A DNA stretch of 63,400 nucleotides, the filler included, from Anaerolineae bacterium (GTDB taxonomy: Bacteria; Chloroflexota; Anaerolineae; Epilineales; Epilineaceae), in the NCBI GenBank assembly GCA_029262755.1. It is 9 parts of 9 records of this genome, joined end to end, with 100 filler letters (N's around TTAATTAATTAA, not from the genome) between each part and the next. Parts side by side here need not be neighbours in the genome. Positions count along the whole stretch, not along the records: positions 9,239 to 33,993 come from JAJCYU010000210.1; positions 34,094 to 44,843 come from JAJCYU010000211.1; 7 more parts are not named here. The stretch is one strand, 5' to 3'. Below are positions 30,546 to 41,800 of the stretch, in pieces. The translations under genes were made by a program, and so were the position numbers. Numbering within the stretch: the first letter of the stretch is position 1; the number at the start of each line of letters is the position of its first letter. The notes beneath the pieces are model-generated. The model ran no database searches. It worked only from the letters and a program-made list of their open reading frames with translations, and was not told the origin of the DNA.

Positions 30546-31671
30546 GTCCGCGCTGCGTTCCGACCCCGCCGACACCGGCCTCACCTACGCCGACACTGGT
30601 GTCGACTACGACGCGATCGACCCGGCCAAGATCATGGCGCAGAAGGCCGCCGCGCTCACCGCCGGCCAACTGTCGCGCTTCGGCCTGCACGAGGTGCCCG
30701 CCAGCCGCGGCGAGAGCGCCTACGTGTGGGAAGAGCGCGACGCCTACCGCGCTTTCGTGGTCGAGGGTCTTGGCACCAAGAGCCTCGTTGCCGACGCCTC
30801 GCGCGCATTCACGGGCCGCTCGCACTACGACGCCCTCGCCCAAGACACGGTCGCGATGATCGTCAACGACGTGATCGTCGTCGGCGCCGCACCGCAGGTC
30901 GTCAACGCCTACTGGGCCGTGGGCGATTCCCATTGGTTCGACGACCGCGAACGCGCCCGCGACCTCGTCGACGGCTGGGCGGCCGCATGCGAGCTGGCCG
31001 GCGCCACGTGGGGCGGCGGCGAGACCCCCGCTCTCAAGGGCATCATCGAACCGGGCACCATCGACCTTGGCGGCGCCTGCGTCGGCGTCGTGGACCCCAA
31101 AGAACGGCTGGTCCTCGGCGACCGCCTCGTTGCGGGCGACCACATCGTCCTGATCGAAGCCAGCGGCATCCACGCCAACGGCCTCACCCTCGCCCGCCAC
31201 CTCGCCGATCAACTGCCCAAGGGCTACGCCACCGACATCGGCAACGGCACGAGCTACGGCGAAGCCCTGCTCGCTCCGACCCCAATCTACGCCTCAATCC
31301 TGGCCGAAGTCCTCGACACGGGCGCCGACGTCCACTACCTGGTCAACGTCACCGGCCACGGCTGGCGCAAGCTCATGCGCGCCCACCGCGCCCTACGCTA
31401 CCGCATGCACAGCGCCGTCCCCGTCCCCCCTGTGCTCGACTTCATCGTCCGCCAAGGCGACATGAGCCCCGACGAAGCCTACGCCACGCTCAACATGGGC
31501 GCCGGCTTCGCCTTCTACGTCCCCGAAGTCCACGTCGACACCGTTATCTCCGCCGCCCAGCGCAAGGGCCTAGGCGCCTGGAGCGCGGGCGTCGTCGAAG
31601 AGGGCGAGCGCGAGGTGGTGGTGGAACCGCTGGGCCTGCGGTATGCGGGCGAGCGGTTGGGGGTGCGGTAG
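30538..31671 (+). CDS. purM: AIR synthase (divergent type)
   Basis: TYADTGVD; EGLGTK; AMIVND; GGETP; SGIHANG; NVTGHG; TLNMGAG. Confidence 0.92.
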   Translation: MSESALRSDPADTGLTYADTGVDYDAIDPAKIMAQKAAALTAGQLSRFGLHEVPASRGESAYVWEERDAYRAFVVEGLGTKSLVADASRAFTGRSHYDALAQDTVAMIVNDVIVVGAAPQVVNAYWAVGDSHWFDDRERARDLVDGWAAACELAGATWGGGETPALKGIIEPGTIDLGGACVGVVDPKERLVLGDRLVAGDHIVLIEASGIHANGLTLARHLADQLPKGYATDIGNGTSYGEALLAPTPIYASILAEVLDTGADVHYLVNVTGHGWRKLMRAHRALRYRMHSAVPVPPVLDFIVRQGDMSPDEAYATLNMGAGFAFYVPEVHVDTVISAAQRKGLGAWSAGVVEEGEREVVVEPLGLRYAGERLGVR

Positions 31672-31733
31672 GGCTGCAGACTCGCTCCGGAACTTCGATA
31701 GCCTCAATTTGGGTGGCTGTGTATGCTCCCGGA

Positions 31734-31940
31734 ATGAGAATATTCACGCAACGCGTCCGCGGCTTCACACGGTCCCTCGCCGACTTCTCCCGCAACTTGC
31801 TTCCCGGTCGCCTTCTGCGTACCACGTCGCAGCGCTCCGTCCGTAAGCAGCTCAACCGCACCTACGCGACCCTCGACTCGACGTTGGACGATGGCTTCAC
31901 GCGGGCCCAAGCCGAAGCCTTGCAAGACGAGAGCTGGTAG
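31734..31940 (+). CDS. Small ORF resembling the C-terminal half of ChpI/MazE6-like antitoxins
   Basis: ..VRKQLNRTYATLDSTLDDGFTRAQAEALQDESW*; resemblance from recall only. Confidence 0.4.
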   Translation: MRIFTQRVRGFTRSLADFSRNLLPGRLLRTTSQRSVRKQLNRTYATLDSTLDDGFTRAQAEALQDESW

Positions 31941-31953
31941 TCCCTAGCGATCC

Positions 31954-33822
31954 CTACTCCCCACGCACCGCACGCGGCAAGTAGATCGCGAGTTCCACGG
32001 GCACTGCCGTCGCTGTCGCCACCACCGTCGCAACCACCGTCACAGTCGCGCTCGGCGTACCGGTCGCCCCCACCGTCGGCGTCGCCTCGCTAGTCGACGT
32101 CGCCGTCACCGCCCGCGTCGGCGCCACCGTAGGCGTCACTGCCGTGCTCGTCGCGGTCGCCGTGCTGGTTGGCGTCGCCGTCCGCGTGGGTCGCGGCGTC
32201 GGTGGCGCCGGCGGGTCGTAGAGGCCGGCCGTCACGAGCGCGGCGAAGATCTGTTGCCGGTGCTGCGGGTTGTCGCCGAGGTCGCTCGTCGCGGGCCAGA
32301 AGGGCACGTCGGCCTCGCGCGTCGAGGCGATGCCGATGTAGTCGCCGATGAAGCCCGTCACGAAACCTTGGCCGTCCGTGCTCACGATCGGCATGTTGAC
32401 CGACCAGTCGAAGGCCGCTCCGCCTACCCGCAGGTTGTTCGTCCACGTCGCGCCCACGTCGTAGCTACGGCTCATGTAGGCCTCCAGGCAGAAGTTCTCC
32501 CGCCCCACGTTCGCGTCGTCCACCCACTCCGCATCCGGGCACGCCAATCTCCGATCCAGCCACACGAGCGCGACGCGGCCTCCGGGCGCCACCGAAAGCT
32601 GCGGCTGAAGCTGATCGACCCCGTTACTCACCGGATCGTCGTTCATGCGCCGCGGCTCGGACCATGTCGCGCCGCCGTCGCCCGATTGGCTCAAGTAGAT
32701 GTCGCTATCGCCGTTGCGCAGATCGGCCCACGCGGCATAGAGCGTCCCGTCCAACGGGCTCGCGACGAAGGCGGGCAAGCTGGCCGGCGCGCGGAAGTTC
32801 CGATCGTCCAACCCATTCGGCAGGAAGAAGGGGATCGGCCGGATCGCGGCGACCGTCGTCGGGGCGCCGAAACTCGCACCGCCGTCGTCCGAGCGAGCCA
32901 TCCGCAGCGAGCCCTGCGGACCGCCGAAGATGTCGCGGGCATAGATCACGTAGACCGTGCCATCCGGCCCCACCGCCGGGATCGAACCCTGCACGGCGCC
33001 GCCATCGATGCGCACCGGCGGGCTCCACGTGACGTTGCCGTCAACAGACCGGGCAACCACGATGCCTTCCCCGACATCCGTCCAGCTCATATAGACGTTG
33101 CCCGCGTGCGGGCTGCGCTCGAGCGGATCCTGGTCGGCGATGATCCACTGCTTGTCGGTAAAGGTCGAGTCGTCCACCGTGACCGGCGCACCCCACCCCT
33201 CGCCCCGCCGCTTCTTGAGCATATCGAGCCCGCGATAGGGCCCCGGATTGCGCGTCAGCAACGTGAAGTAGGCGTTGCCCATCCCGTCGAAGGCATTGAC
33301 CGGATCGGAGGTCAGCGAGTAGTCCTCGATCCCGGGCGGCTGCTCCTGCGTCCACGTGAGCCCGCCATCAAAGGACTCGAACACACCCGTGTAGAAGCCG
33401 TAGCGCGCCGGGGTGTGAAAGAACTTCGAGCCGCCCATCAGATGCTGATCATCGCTCGGATCCGCCGCGAGCATCACCTCGCTAAAGTCCGTCACCGGCC
33501 GCGCCGCCCCCTCCGTGCGCCCGCTCCGACTCGCCTGCACGACCACGGGCCGCTCCCCACCCTGCGCTGCGACCCGCGTCCGCTGCGCAACAGTCGCCGC
33601 CCAAGCCCCCGCCCGCGGCGCCGCCACCGCTACCCGCTCCAGCTCCACGCCCCGGAAGTCCGCCCCAACCGGCGGCGCCACCGCCCGCCAAGCCACAGGC
33701 GCCGGCGGCCCCATCTCCTCACCGCCCTCCGCCACGCCCTGCGCGAAAACACCCGAGCCGCCGAAGACGCATATGCCAATCACAAGCCCGCCCCGCACCA
33801 CGCCCGTCGCCCGATCGCTCAC
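31954..33822 (-). CDS. Secreted BNR/Asp-box (sialidase-like fold) protein with Pro/Thr tail and IYLP motif
   Basis: Asp-boxes SFDGGLTW, SVDGNVTW, SDDGGASF, SGDGGATW, SYDVGATW; FIGDY; start approximate. Confidence 0.85.
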   Translation of the reverse strand: MSDRATGVVRGGLVIGICVFGGSGVFAQGVAEGGEEMGPPAPVAWRAVAPPVGADFRGVELERVAVAAPRAGAWAATVAQRTRVAAQGGERPVVVQASRSGRTEGAARPVTDFSEVMLAADPSDDQHLMGGSKFFHTPARYGFYTGVFESFDGGLTWTQEQPPGIEDYSLTSDPVNAFDGMGNAYFTLLTRNPGPYRGLDMLKKRRGEGWGAPVTVDDSTFTDKQWIIADQDPLERSPHAGNVYMSWTDVGEGIVVARSVDGNVTWSPPVRIDGGAVQGSIPAVGPDGTVYVIYARDIFGGPQGSLRMARSDDGGASFGAPTTVAAIRPIPFFLPNGLDDRNFRAPASLPAFVASPLDGTLYAAWADLRNGDSDIYLSQSGDGGATWSEPRRMNDDPVSNGVDQLQPQLSVAPGGRVALVWLDRRLACPDAEWVDDANVGRENFCLEAYMSRSYDVGATWTNNLRVGGAAFDWSVNMPIVSTDGQGFVTGFIGDYIGIASTREADVPFWPATSDLGDNPQHRQQIFAALVTAGLYDPPAPPTPRPTRTATPTSTATATSTAVTPTVAPTRAVTATSTSEATPTVGATGTPSATVTVVATVVATATAVPVELAIYLPRAVRGE

Positions 33823-34271
33823 ACCCCACCCCTCTCCCAAGTTCGCGATCCGCCCAACGCCGGACCCGATGCAGCATTCCCGCCCCCCACACACGCCCCC
33901 AACGCACGCCCTTCACCCTCACCAACCAAGGGCGGTGGGTGGCGGGTGCCTGGAGAAAATTGTCACTACGCAGCAATCCACGCCATGCACCAGNNNNNNN
34001 NNNNNNNNNNNNNNNNNNNNNNNNNNNNNNNNNNNNNTTAATTAATTAANNNNNNNNNNNNNNNNNNNNNNNNNNNNNNNNNNNNNNNNNNNNGAAGCCG
34101 CCTTTCTCTACGCGCTCAATCTCCCGACTGCCCGCGGTATGGCGAACGCGCGCTTCACGCGCGCTGCACGGGACACGGTGCGACGACGGAGCAACCTTGG
34201 ATGGGTAAGCTCGCGGACCCTTGGAAGCGACATCAGAGGGCAATCCGGGTTCCGGCTCCGCTCCAGCGCCA

Positions 34272-34874
34272 CTATCTCGCGCCCGCGGACCCGTCCCCGC
34301 GCAGCCGCCAGGCTACGATGGCATAGTCGATCGCGGCGAGCATGCTGACCAAGGACGTGACGGTCAGCGCGATCGGGAGCACGCGGGTCGCGGTCGGCCA
34401 ATGCGGCTCGACGACGAGCAGCACAAACAGGGCGAAGAGGGCCGCGGTGGTCCACTTGCCGAAGCGGCGTGCGGGGATGCGGCGAAACACCGTCCAGCGC
34501 CGTGCCAGCACGGCCCCGAGGGCCATCAATGCGACCACCATATCGCGCGGCAGCAGTAGCGCGAGCTCGGCGCCGCTCAGCCGCCCTTCGGCCAGCGCCG
34601 TGAACAGCACGATCAGCACGAAGGCCTTGTCGGCGGCCGCGTCCAGCAGCCCGCCGATCCAGCTCGTGCCGCGGAAGCGACGTGCGATCCAGCCGTCGAG
34701 CCCGTCGCTGGCGGCGGCCAACAGCACGATGGGCAGCCGCCAACGGGGCGGGATCAGCGGGAAGGTGATCGCGAGGCCGAATCGCAGACCGGTGAGCACG
34801 TTGGGGAGCACGACCGCCCAAACGGGGCCGTCCGGCCAATCGTCGCGCGTCGCGTGGTTGCCCGAGTTCTTCAT
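34272..34874 (-). CDS. CDP-alcohol phosphatidyltransferase family protein
   Basis: LPNVLTGLR; SDGLDGWIARR...G..LDAAADK signature. Confidence 0.9.
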   Translation of the reverse strand: MKNSGNHATRDDWPDGPVWAVVLPNVLTGLRFGLAITFPLIPPRWRLPIVLLAAASDGLDGWIARRFRGTSWIGGLLDAAADKAFVLIVLFTALAEGRLSGAELALLLPRDMVVALMALGAVLARRWTVFRRIPARRFGKWTTAALFALFVLLVVEPHWPTATRVLPIALTVTSLVSMLAAIDYAIVAWRLRGDGSAGAR

Positions 34875-35269
34875 GGTGCGCTCTGCCTCCACCACTTCGT
34901 CCACGACGGAATGCGAAGGAGCAATCCCGAGGCGTGACGCGGCATGCTACCTCGACGGGGTGGGGCCAACAAGCCCTTCCAACGGACCTCACCGGAAAGG
35001 GGATGATGCAGGAGCGGAAACGGGGACGATGCAAGAGGCCGCTGCAATCGAGGGTCAATGCTCCGGCCCGCACTCCAGACCCGTTGGTGGACCCGTCCTA
35101 CCTTGGACGCCCGCGAAGCGTTTGGTACCGTGCGGGATGCAACCGCGAATCGTTTGTACCTGTACGACAATGACGTAAGGGTTGAGCATCGCTATGCCAT
35201 CCCATTGCGCGCACGCACTTCCCCCCTAGCCCCCCGCGATCCCCAGCGAACCTCCTCGGAGCCCGTGCC

Positions 35270-37084
35270 ATGATCCGTGCTCGCCGTTTCACCCCGCTCG
35301 CATCCCTCGTGCTCGCACTCCTGGTCGTGGCCGGCATCGCCGGCATGCGGGCGCGCACGAACGTAGGCGCATCGATGGATCCTTGGCGCACAGGCGTGCC
35401 CGCGTACGCAGATCCCGGGACCGATCTCGCACCGGCCGGCATCATGCACATGCCGGGCTTCAGCGCCGCGGGTACGGCACGGCAGGCTTCCGCTGCTCGC
35501 CGTGACCAAGCGCTCGACCACGTGCTCGGCGAGCTGCCGCGCGCCATCGCACACGCCGCCGCGCAGGACGGCGTAGCGGCCGCGTGCGGTGATCCGGCAC
35601 CCGCACCAGCGCTGGTCGCCGTCGCCGGCGACGCACACGCAGTCGCACCGGCATCGGCCGCGCTCGCAGCGGCCGCGTCCCTCGCGCAAGGCGACGATGG
35701 TCGCCGGATCGCGCTGCCGATGACGATGGCGGACGCGCGTCTCGACGTGCTGCCGCACCCGCAACCCGTCGCCCCGCGTCCGACCGAACCGCCCCCGCCG
35801 CCGACCACGGTGCCCGCTCCCACGAACGTGCCGCGCCCGACCGACGCGCCGCTACCGACGGCCGAGCCGACGCCCGGCGTTTCGGGGCCGACGTGGTGGC
35901 GCGACGTCTACCCGATCGTCAAGACCGAGTGCACGACCTGCCACTACGTAGGCGGCATCGGCCCCTTCCCGCTGGAGACCTTCGCCCAGGCCAAGGACAT
36001 GGCGCCGGCAATCAACCTCGTCGTGGCCGATCACGTCATGCCGCCGCTGCCCGCGGTTCCGGACGGTGAGACGCCGCTCGACGACCCGCGGATCATGACC
36101 GACGCCGATCGCGAGACCGTGCTCGCCTGGATCGATGCCGGGGCACCGGAAGGCGATCCGGCGGACACCCCCGACATCGAGCCCCAGACGGATCCCTTCG
36201 GCCCACCGGATCTGAGCTTCGACATCGGCGTCGACTTCACGCCGCCCGCGGACCAGGTGGACGAGTATCGCTGCTTCGTGATCGATCCGGGCTTCACGGA
36301 GGACACCGAGGTGCGCATGGTCGATTTGGAGCAGACCAACGCAGCTATCTTCCACCACGGCATCCTCTATCTCGGTACGGACGGCGACCGCGGCACCGTC
36401 TCGCGCCTCGAGCGCGACGATCCGGAGCCGGGATACCAATGCTTCGGCGGCCCTGGCTTCAACTCGCAGGAGTGGGTCATCGCGGAGGCCGTCGGATCGC
36501 AGCGCGGTCCCTACCCCGCCGGCACGGCCAAGGTGCTTCCCGCGGGCTCGTTCCTCGTGTTGCAGTTGCACTACAACACCTTGAACGGCATCGGCGCGGA
36601 TCGGACGAAGGTGCACTTTTGGTTGCCCGAGGCACCCGTACGCGCTGCGCCGGTGGATGTTCGCATGGCCAACTTCTGGTTCCGCATGCCGGCGGGCGAC
36701 TCCGACTATGTCGCCACGACCTCGACCACCATCCGCAACGGCGGCGGCCTCCTCGGTGGCGCACCCCCCGGTGATATCTACCAGGTCTGGGGACACATGC
36801 ACTTGCTCGGCGCAAAGATCAGCCTCGATCTCAAACGGGCGGACGGCGGAACCCAGCGCCTGCTGGACATCCCTCGTTGGGACTTCAACTGGCAGGGCGT
36901 CTACGACCTTGCCGAGCCCGTTCGCGTGAAGACGGGCGACGAGATCCTGATGACGTGCACGTGGGACAACTCCGCCGAGAACCAGCCCTTCGTCGATGGA
37001 CGGCAGGTCACACCACGTCCGGTCTCCTGGGGCGAGGGCACGTTGGACGAGATGTGCCTCGGCGGGTTCACTGTCGTGCGCTAA
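35270..37084 (+). CDS. Secreted type II copper monooxygenase-like (PHM/DbH fold) protein with c-type heme motif
   Basis: Signal peptide; CTTCH; DEYRCF; IFHHG; LQLHY; GHMHLLG; WDFNWQ; DEMC. Confidence 0.82.
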   Translation: MIRARRFTPLASLVLALLVVAGIAGMRARTNVGASMDPWRTGVPAYADPGTDLAPAGIMHMPGFSAAGTARQASAARRDQALDHVLGELPRAIAHAAAQDGVAAACGDPAPAPALVAVAGDAHAVAPASAALAAAASLAQGDDGRRIALPMTMADARLDVLPHPQPVAPRPTEPPPPPTTVPAPTNVPRPTDAPLPTAEPTPGVSGPTWWRDVYPIVKTECTTCHYVGGIGPFPLETFAQAKDMAPAINLVVADHVMPPLPAVPDGETPLDDPRIMTDADRETVLAWIDAGAPEGDPADTPDIEPQTDPFGPPDLSFDIGVDFTPPADQVDEYRCFVIDPGFTEDTEVRMVDLEQTNAAIFHHGILYLGTDGDRGTVSRLERDDPEPGYQCFGGPGFNSQEWVIAEAVGSQRGPYPAGTAKVLPAGSFLVLQLHYNTLNGIGADRTKVHFWLPEAPVRAAPVDVRMANFWFRMPAGDSDYVATTSTTIRNGGGLLGGAPPGDIYQVWGHMHLLGAKISLDLKRADGGTQRLLDIPRWDFNWQGVYDLAEPVRVKTGDEILMTCTWDNSAENQPFVDGRQVTPRPVSWGEGTLDEMCLGGFTVVR

Positions 37085-37554
37085 GGGCGCGTCCGTCAAC
37101 AATCTCACCAATTCGGCCGTCGCTGCATCCGCTGTGCCGCCCCGCTGTTCCTCAGCAATAGCGCTGCTATTCCTTCGTCTCAGCGAACCAGCACAGCGGC
37201 GCAGCAACGCCCTCGGTTGGCGACCTTGTTAACGGACGAGCCCTAAGGACGAGCCCTAACGCGAAGAGGTAGCTACCGGCGCGCCCCAACACAAGGCACG
37301 GAGGCGTAGCGGCGCGGCGTCAACGGCGAACAGTACCGTCGGCGAACCGTAACTCCGGCGGCCGGCGTCGTCGGCGAACGATCACGCGGGCGGACGGCGT
37401 CGGCGGCGAACCATGTCGTCGGCCTACGACCCCCGATTGCGACCTTGGGCGCATGTGGGCTGGCGGTAGAGGACGTAGGGTGCGGTATCGCCCATCTCGT
37501 CGCCGCTCTGGGTGGAGCCTTCGCTCCTCCCGGGCCCGACCGTCCGGAGGTCTC

Positions 37555-38586
37555 ATGACGCAGCCCGTACGCCCGCACGCTTGCCCGCCGGAGCTGTTTC
37601 GCGACCGCGCAGCCGATCCGTCCGAGGCCGTGGCTCCCGCCCGCGACCGTAGCGCCCACTCCTTGCGCACCGGTTCTCTAGGCTACTTCTTCTTTGCGAT
37701 GTTCGTCGCCCTCCTCGTGTTCGCGTCCAGCGCGCGCGACGGCGCGCTCGGCATCGGAACGATTTCGGTGGGGCATGCGCAGTCTGCGCCCGCCCAGGAA
37801 CCCGCCGCGCGCATCCTGCTGCCGATGACCTTGGCCAACCAATCGCTCGCCGCGCTGCCGGACGTATCGACGGCCCCGCCGCGCACCGCCACGTCCGCGC
37901 CACCGCCCACGAACGTGCCGCGGCCGTCGCCCGTGCCGAGTGAACCGCCGCCCGCCACCCCGACCGAAGCCCCGCCGCCCACCCTCGTCCCGACCGAGCC
38001 GCCAACCGCTCCCCCGACGGCGACGGCCACCGCGACGCCCGAGGCCAGCCCGACGCCGGCCTTGGCATGCGAGAACATCGTCAAGAACGGCGACTTCGAA
38101 TCCGGGGCGCGCGATTGGACGCTTGTTGTCACCACCCAAGAACAGCCGCTCAACCTGGCTATCGTGCGGCGTGCCGAGGGCCCGATCCCACCGCAGGAAG
38201 GCGACATCTACGCCTACCTCGGCGGTCTCAACGACACGAGCTTCTGGCTGACATCCCGCCGCCTCCCCCGCTTCGACACCGAAGGCATCGAGCGTGCGAC
38301 GCTCAGCGTCTGGGCGGCGTTGATCTCGGAAGAACAGCCCGACCGCCGCCCCGGGGACCGTTTGCGCGCCTTCGTCGACACGGGACGACGGACGTACATC
38401 GACGAGCTGACGCGTAGCGAGGAAGACCTGCAGCCCCAACGCACGTGGCAACAACTGACGGCCGATGTCACGCCCTACTTGGACCGCGGCGCGAACTACG
38501 TGGGGGTGGAGGTCATCAACGATCGCGGTCGCAACTCCTGGTTCTATCTCGACGACGTCCGCCTGGAGCTCTGCAGGCTGCCGTGA
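37555..38586 (+). CDS. Secreted protein with Pro/Thr linker and C-terminal carbohydrate-binding-like jelly-roll domain
   Basis: GGAGG RBS; TM; ILLPMT motif; PT linker; CENIVKNGDFESG..W...FYLDDVRLELC. Confidence 0.75.
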   Translation: MTQPVRPHACPPELFRDRAADPSEAVAPARDRSAHSLRTGSLGYFFFAMFVALLVFASSARDGALGIGTISVGHAQSAPAQEPAARILLPMTLANQSLAALPDVSTAPPRTATSAPPPTNVPRPSPVPSEPPPATPTEAPPPTLVPTEPPTAPPTATATATPEASPTPALACENIVKNGDFESGARDWTLVVTTQEQPLNLAIVRRAEGPIPPQEGDIYAYLGGLNDTSFWLTSRRLPRFDTEGIERATLSVWAALISEEQPDRRPGDRLRAFVDTGRRTYIDELTRSEEDLQPQRTWQQLTADVTPYLDRGANYVGVEVINDRGRNSWFYLDDVRLELCRLP

Positions 38587-38819
38587 TCGTGCTTCCCTCC
38601 GCTTGTCCGGTGGTGCAACCGCTTCGCCTTCGACCCGTGCCGCACGCCGCGGCGCGGCGGGAACCGGTGGCGCCGAGCCGGTCCCCCGTCCACGGCCCTC
38701 CTCCCCTCGGGCCGTGGACGGGGGACCGCACACGGGCCATGGCGCGATCCGTGGTCCAAGCGGGACCCGATGGCGTGCGCCCTGGAACCCGCGCCCGTCC
38801 GATGCTACCGTCGCGGACC

Positions 38820-41800
38820 ATGCCACCGACCGAGGTCGCACCCGCGCCGCACGAGGATTCGCCGCACGACGGGCGCGCCGACGCCCCACGCGCCGCGAAT
38901 GTGCCACGCGCAGCCGACGCCCCACGCGCCGCCGACGCGCCCTTGCTCGCGACGCGCCTCTCGCCGCCGCCGACGCGCGAGGACGCCGTCGCGCGGCCCG
39001 CGCTTGTCGCGCGCCTTGCGGAAGCCGCCGCTCGCGGCGTGCTCGTGCTGTCCGCGCCGGCGGGGGCCGGTAAGACGACGCTGCTCTCGGCCTGGGCCGA
39101 AACGGAGGAGCATCCGGTGGCCTGGCTATCGATGGCGGCGGCCGACGCGGATCCCGCCCGCCTGCTGGCCTACATCGTGGCCGCCCTGCGACGCGCCACG
39201 GACGAGCCGGTCCTCGGCTCCGAGGCTCTAGCCGCCATGGCTGCACGAAGGCAGTCCCCCCCGCGCGCGGAGTACGAAGGTGCGGAGCAAGCGCCCGAGC
39301 CGACCCGCGGCGCCGTGGTGCTGCTCATCAACGAGCTGGAGCGGCGCGATCGGCCGATTCGCCTCGTGCTCGACGACCACCATCTGCTCGACGGCGCCGA
39401 GGCGTGGGCGCTCCTGCGACGACTCATCGAGCGCAGGCCTGCGTCCTTGTCGGTGATCCTATCCGGGCGCAGCGACCCGCCGCTGCCCCTGGCCAAGCTC
39501 CGCCTGGCAGGCGGCCTCGCGGAACTGCGCGCCGATGCTCTGCGCTTCGACGACACCGAGGCCATGGCCCTCTTCGCCGCCGCGGGACTACAGCCCGAGG
39601 GCGGCGCGGTGCGCGATCTCGTCGCCCGTACGGACGGCTGGGCCGCCGGATTGCAGGCCGCGTCTCTCGCGCTGCGCCAACGACGCGCGGGCGAAGATCC
39701 CGCCGCGCTGCTGGCCGGCTTTCGCGGCAGCCACCCCTTCGTTCTCGACTATCTCGTGGACGAGGTGTTCGACCGGCAGCCCGCGCAGATCCGCACATTT
39801 CTCCTGGCCACGTGCATCTTGGACCGCTTGAGCGCGCCCCTGTGCGCCGCGCTGCTCGCGGCCCCGGACGTCGGCGTAGCCTTTCACGACGCACCGGGCG
39901 AGGAAGGCCGTGCGCACGAGAACGCACCGCACGGGAACGCACCGCACGAGCACGAACCCGAAAATCTCGAACCGCACGGCATTGAATCTCACGATGTAGC
40001 ACCGCGTGATGTAGCACCCCACGATGTCGAATCCCGCGACGTCGCACCCCACGACGTCGCACCGCACGACATCGCCACCGCCGCCTCGATGTTGCACCGT
40101 TTGGAACGCGACAACCTGTTCCTGCTCGCCCTCGACAGCGAGCGATCGTGGTACCGCTACCATGCCCTCTTCGCCGACCTGCTCCGCCATCGGCTTCGGC
40201 GCAGCGATCCGGACGCGCCCGCGCGCCTCCATCGAAGGGCGATGGCCTGGTACGACGCGTGCGGCGACGCCGCGGCCGCGGTGGAGCATGCGCTGGCTGC
40301 GCGGGATCGCGAGGCAGCGGCGTCGCGGATCGAGGCCGCGGCCACCCACCTCGCGTTGTTGACCGAATCGCGCACACTGCGCCGATGGCTGGAGGACTTG
40401 CCGCCCGAATGGCTGCCCGCTCGCCCGCGCCTTGCGCTGGCACGCGCCTGGGTGGCCTTGCAGACCGAGTCCGTCGCGGAGGCCGAGCGCTGGCTGGCTC
40501 GCGCGGACGCGGCGCACCGACCGCCCCACGACGAGCCCGCTGCGCAGTCCGCGCATCCGCGGGCGAGAGACGGCCACTCGGACCAGCGGAGCACGGAGGT
40601 GGAAGGAGCGGGCTCGGTCCGGGCTCCAGAACCGGCACCGGCTCCAGATCCAGATCCAGAACCCGCGGACGTCATCCGCGATCCCGTCGCCGGCGAGATC
40701 GCCGCTCTTCGTGCGCGGATCGCAGGCACCCGGGGCGACGTGGCCGCCACGCTGCGCCTCGGAAGCCGCGCACTACGGCTGCTCGGCGACGACACAAGCA
40801 CGTTGGCGCTGCGCATCGTCGTCGGCAACGCGCGGGCGGCGGCGCTGAGCATGGCGGGCGAAATCGGCCGATCGGCGCAGAGCTACGACGAGGCCGCACG
40901 GGTGGCACGGGGCGCTTCCGACCCCTCCATGGCGGTCGGTACCCTGTGCGTGCTCGCCGAGATCCGTCGCCTCGCGGGCGGCCTGCGCGCTGCAGAGGGC
41001 GCGGCGCGGGAGGCCATCGAGCGGGCCTACGTTCCGGGGGGCCGTGCGCTGCCGGCGGCGGGTCGCGCGCACCTCGTGCTGGCTGCGATCGCGCGCGAGC
41101 ACGGCGATGCCGCGGAAGCAGCGCGGCAGGCCGATCGGGGGCGCGAGCTGGCGGCGATCGGAGGCAACCGCACGAGCGAGGTGATCGCCTCCTTGCAGCA
41201 GGCGCTCAACCTGGACGCTGGCGGAGCGTCGGACGAGGCCCGTACGCTGCTGCGGACGGCACGCGAAGGGGCCGCCGCCGCGGGGGCGACGCCCGCCATC
41301 CTGCGTAACTTCGCTGTGACCGACGCCTGGTTCCAACGATCGGCCGGTCGCACCGACGCGGTGCGCGCTTGGGCGGATGAGGTGATCGGTCGACGGGACC
41401 GTGAAATCCCGCCCGCAGACGCGTCGCCGGACGCTTCGGATCTCTTGCTCGCACGGCTCGCCATCGACGAGGGACGCCCCGCGGACGCAGAGGCCCTCCT
41501 CTCCCCCTTGAGCGAACAAGCCCTGCGACGCGGTTCGCTCGACCTTTGGCTTCGGGCGCAGGTGGCGCGGGCCGTCGGGGCGATCACCCTCGGCGAGCCC
41601 GAGCGCGCGGCCGATCTCCTGGCCCCCGCGATCGAGCACGGTGCGCGCGAGGGCTACCACGCCTCGTTCACGCGCGAGGGCGGGACGCTGACACCCGTCC
41701 TCCGGATCCTCGCCGCACGTGGCGGCCCCACGACGTACTTGGGCAGCTTGCTCGACGCGATCAGCGGCGCGGACGATGCCTCGGACACGCGGAAGGATCC

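Noticed and set aside
37234..37259. 13-bp direct repeat GGACGAGCCCTAA x2 as an operator or target-site duplication
   Set aside because: Adjacent duplication with no element between; consistent with local slippage
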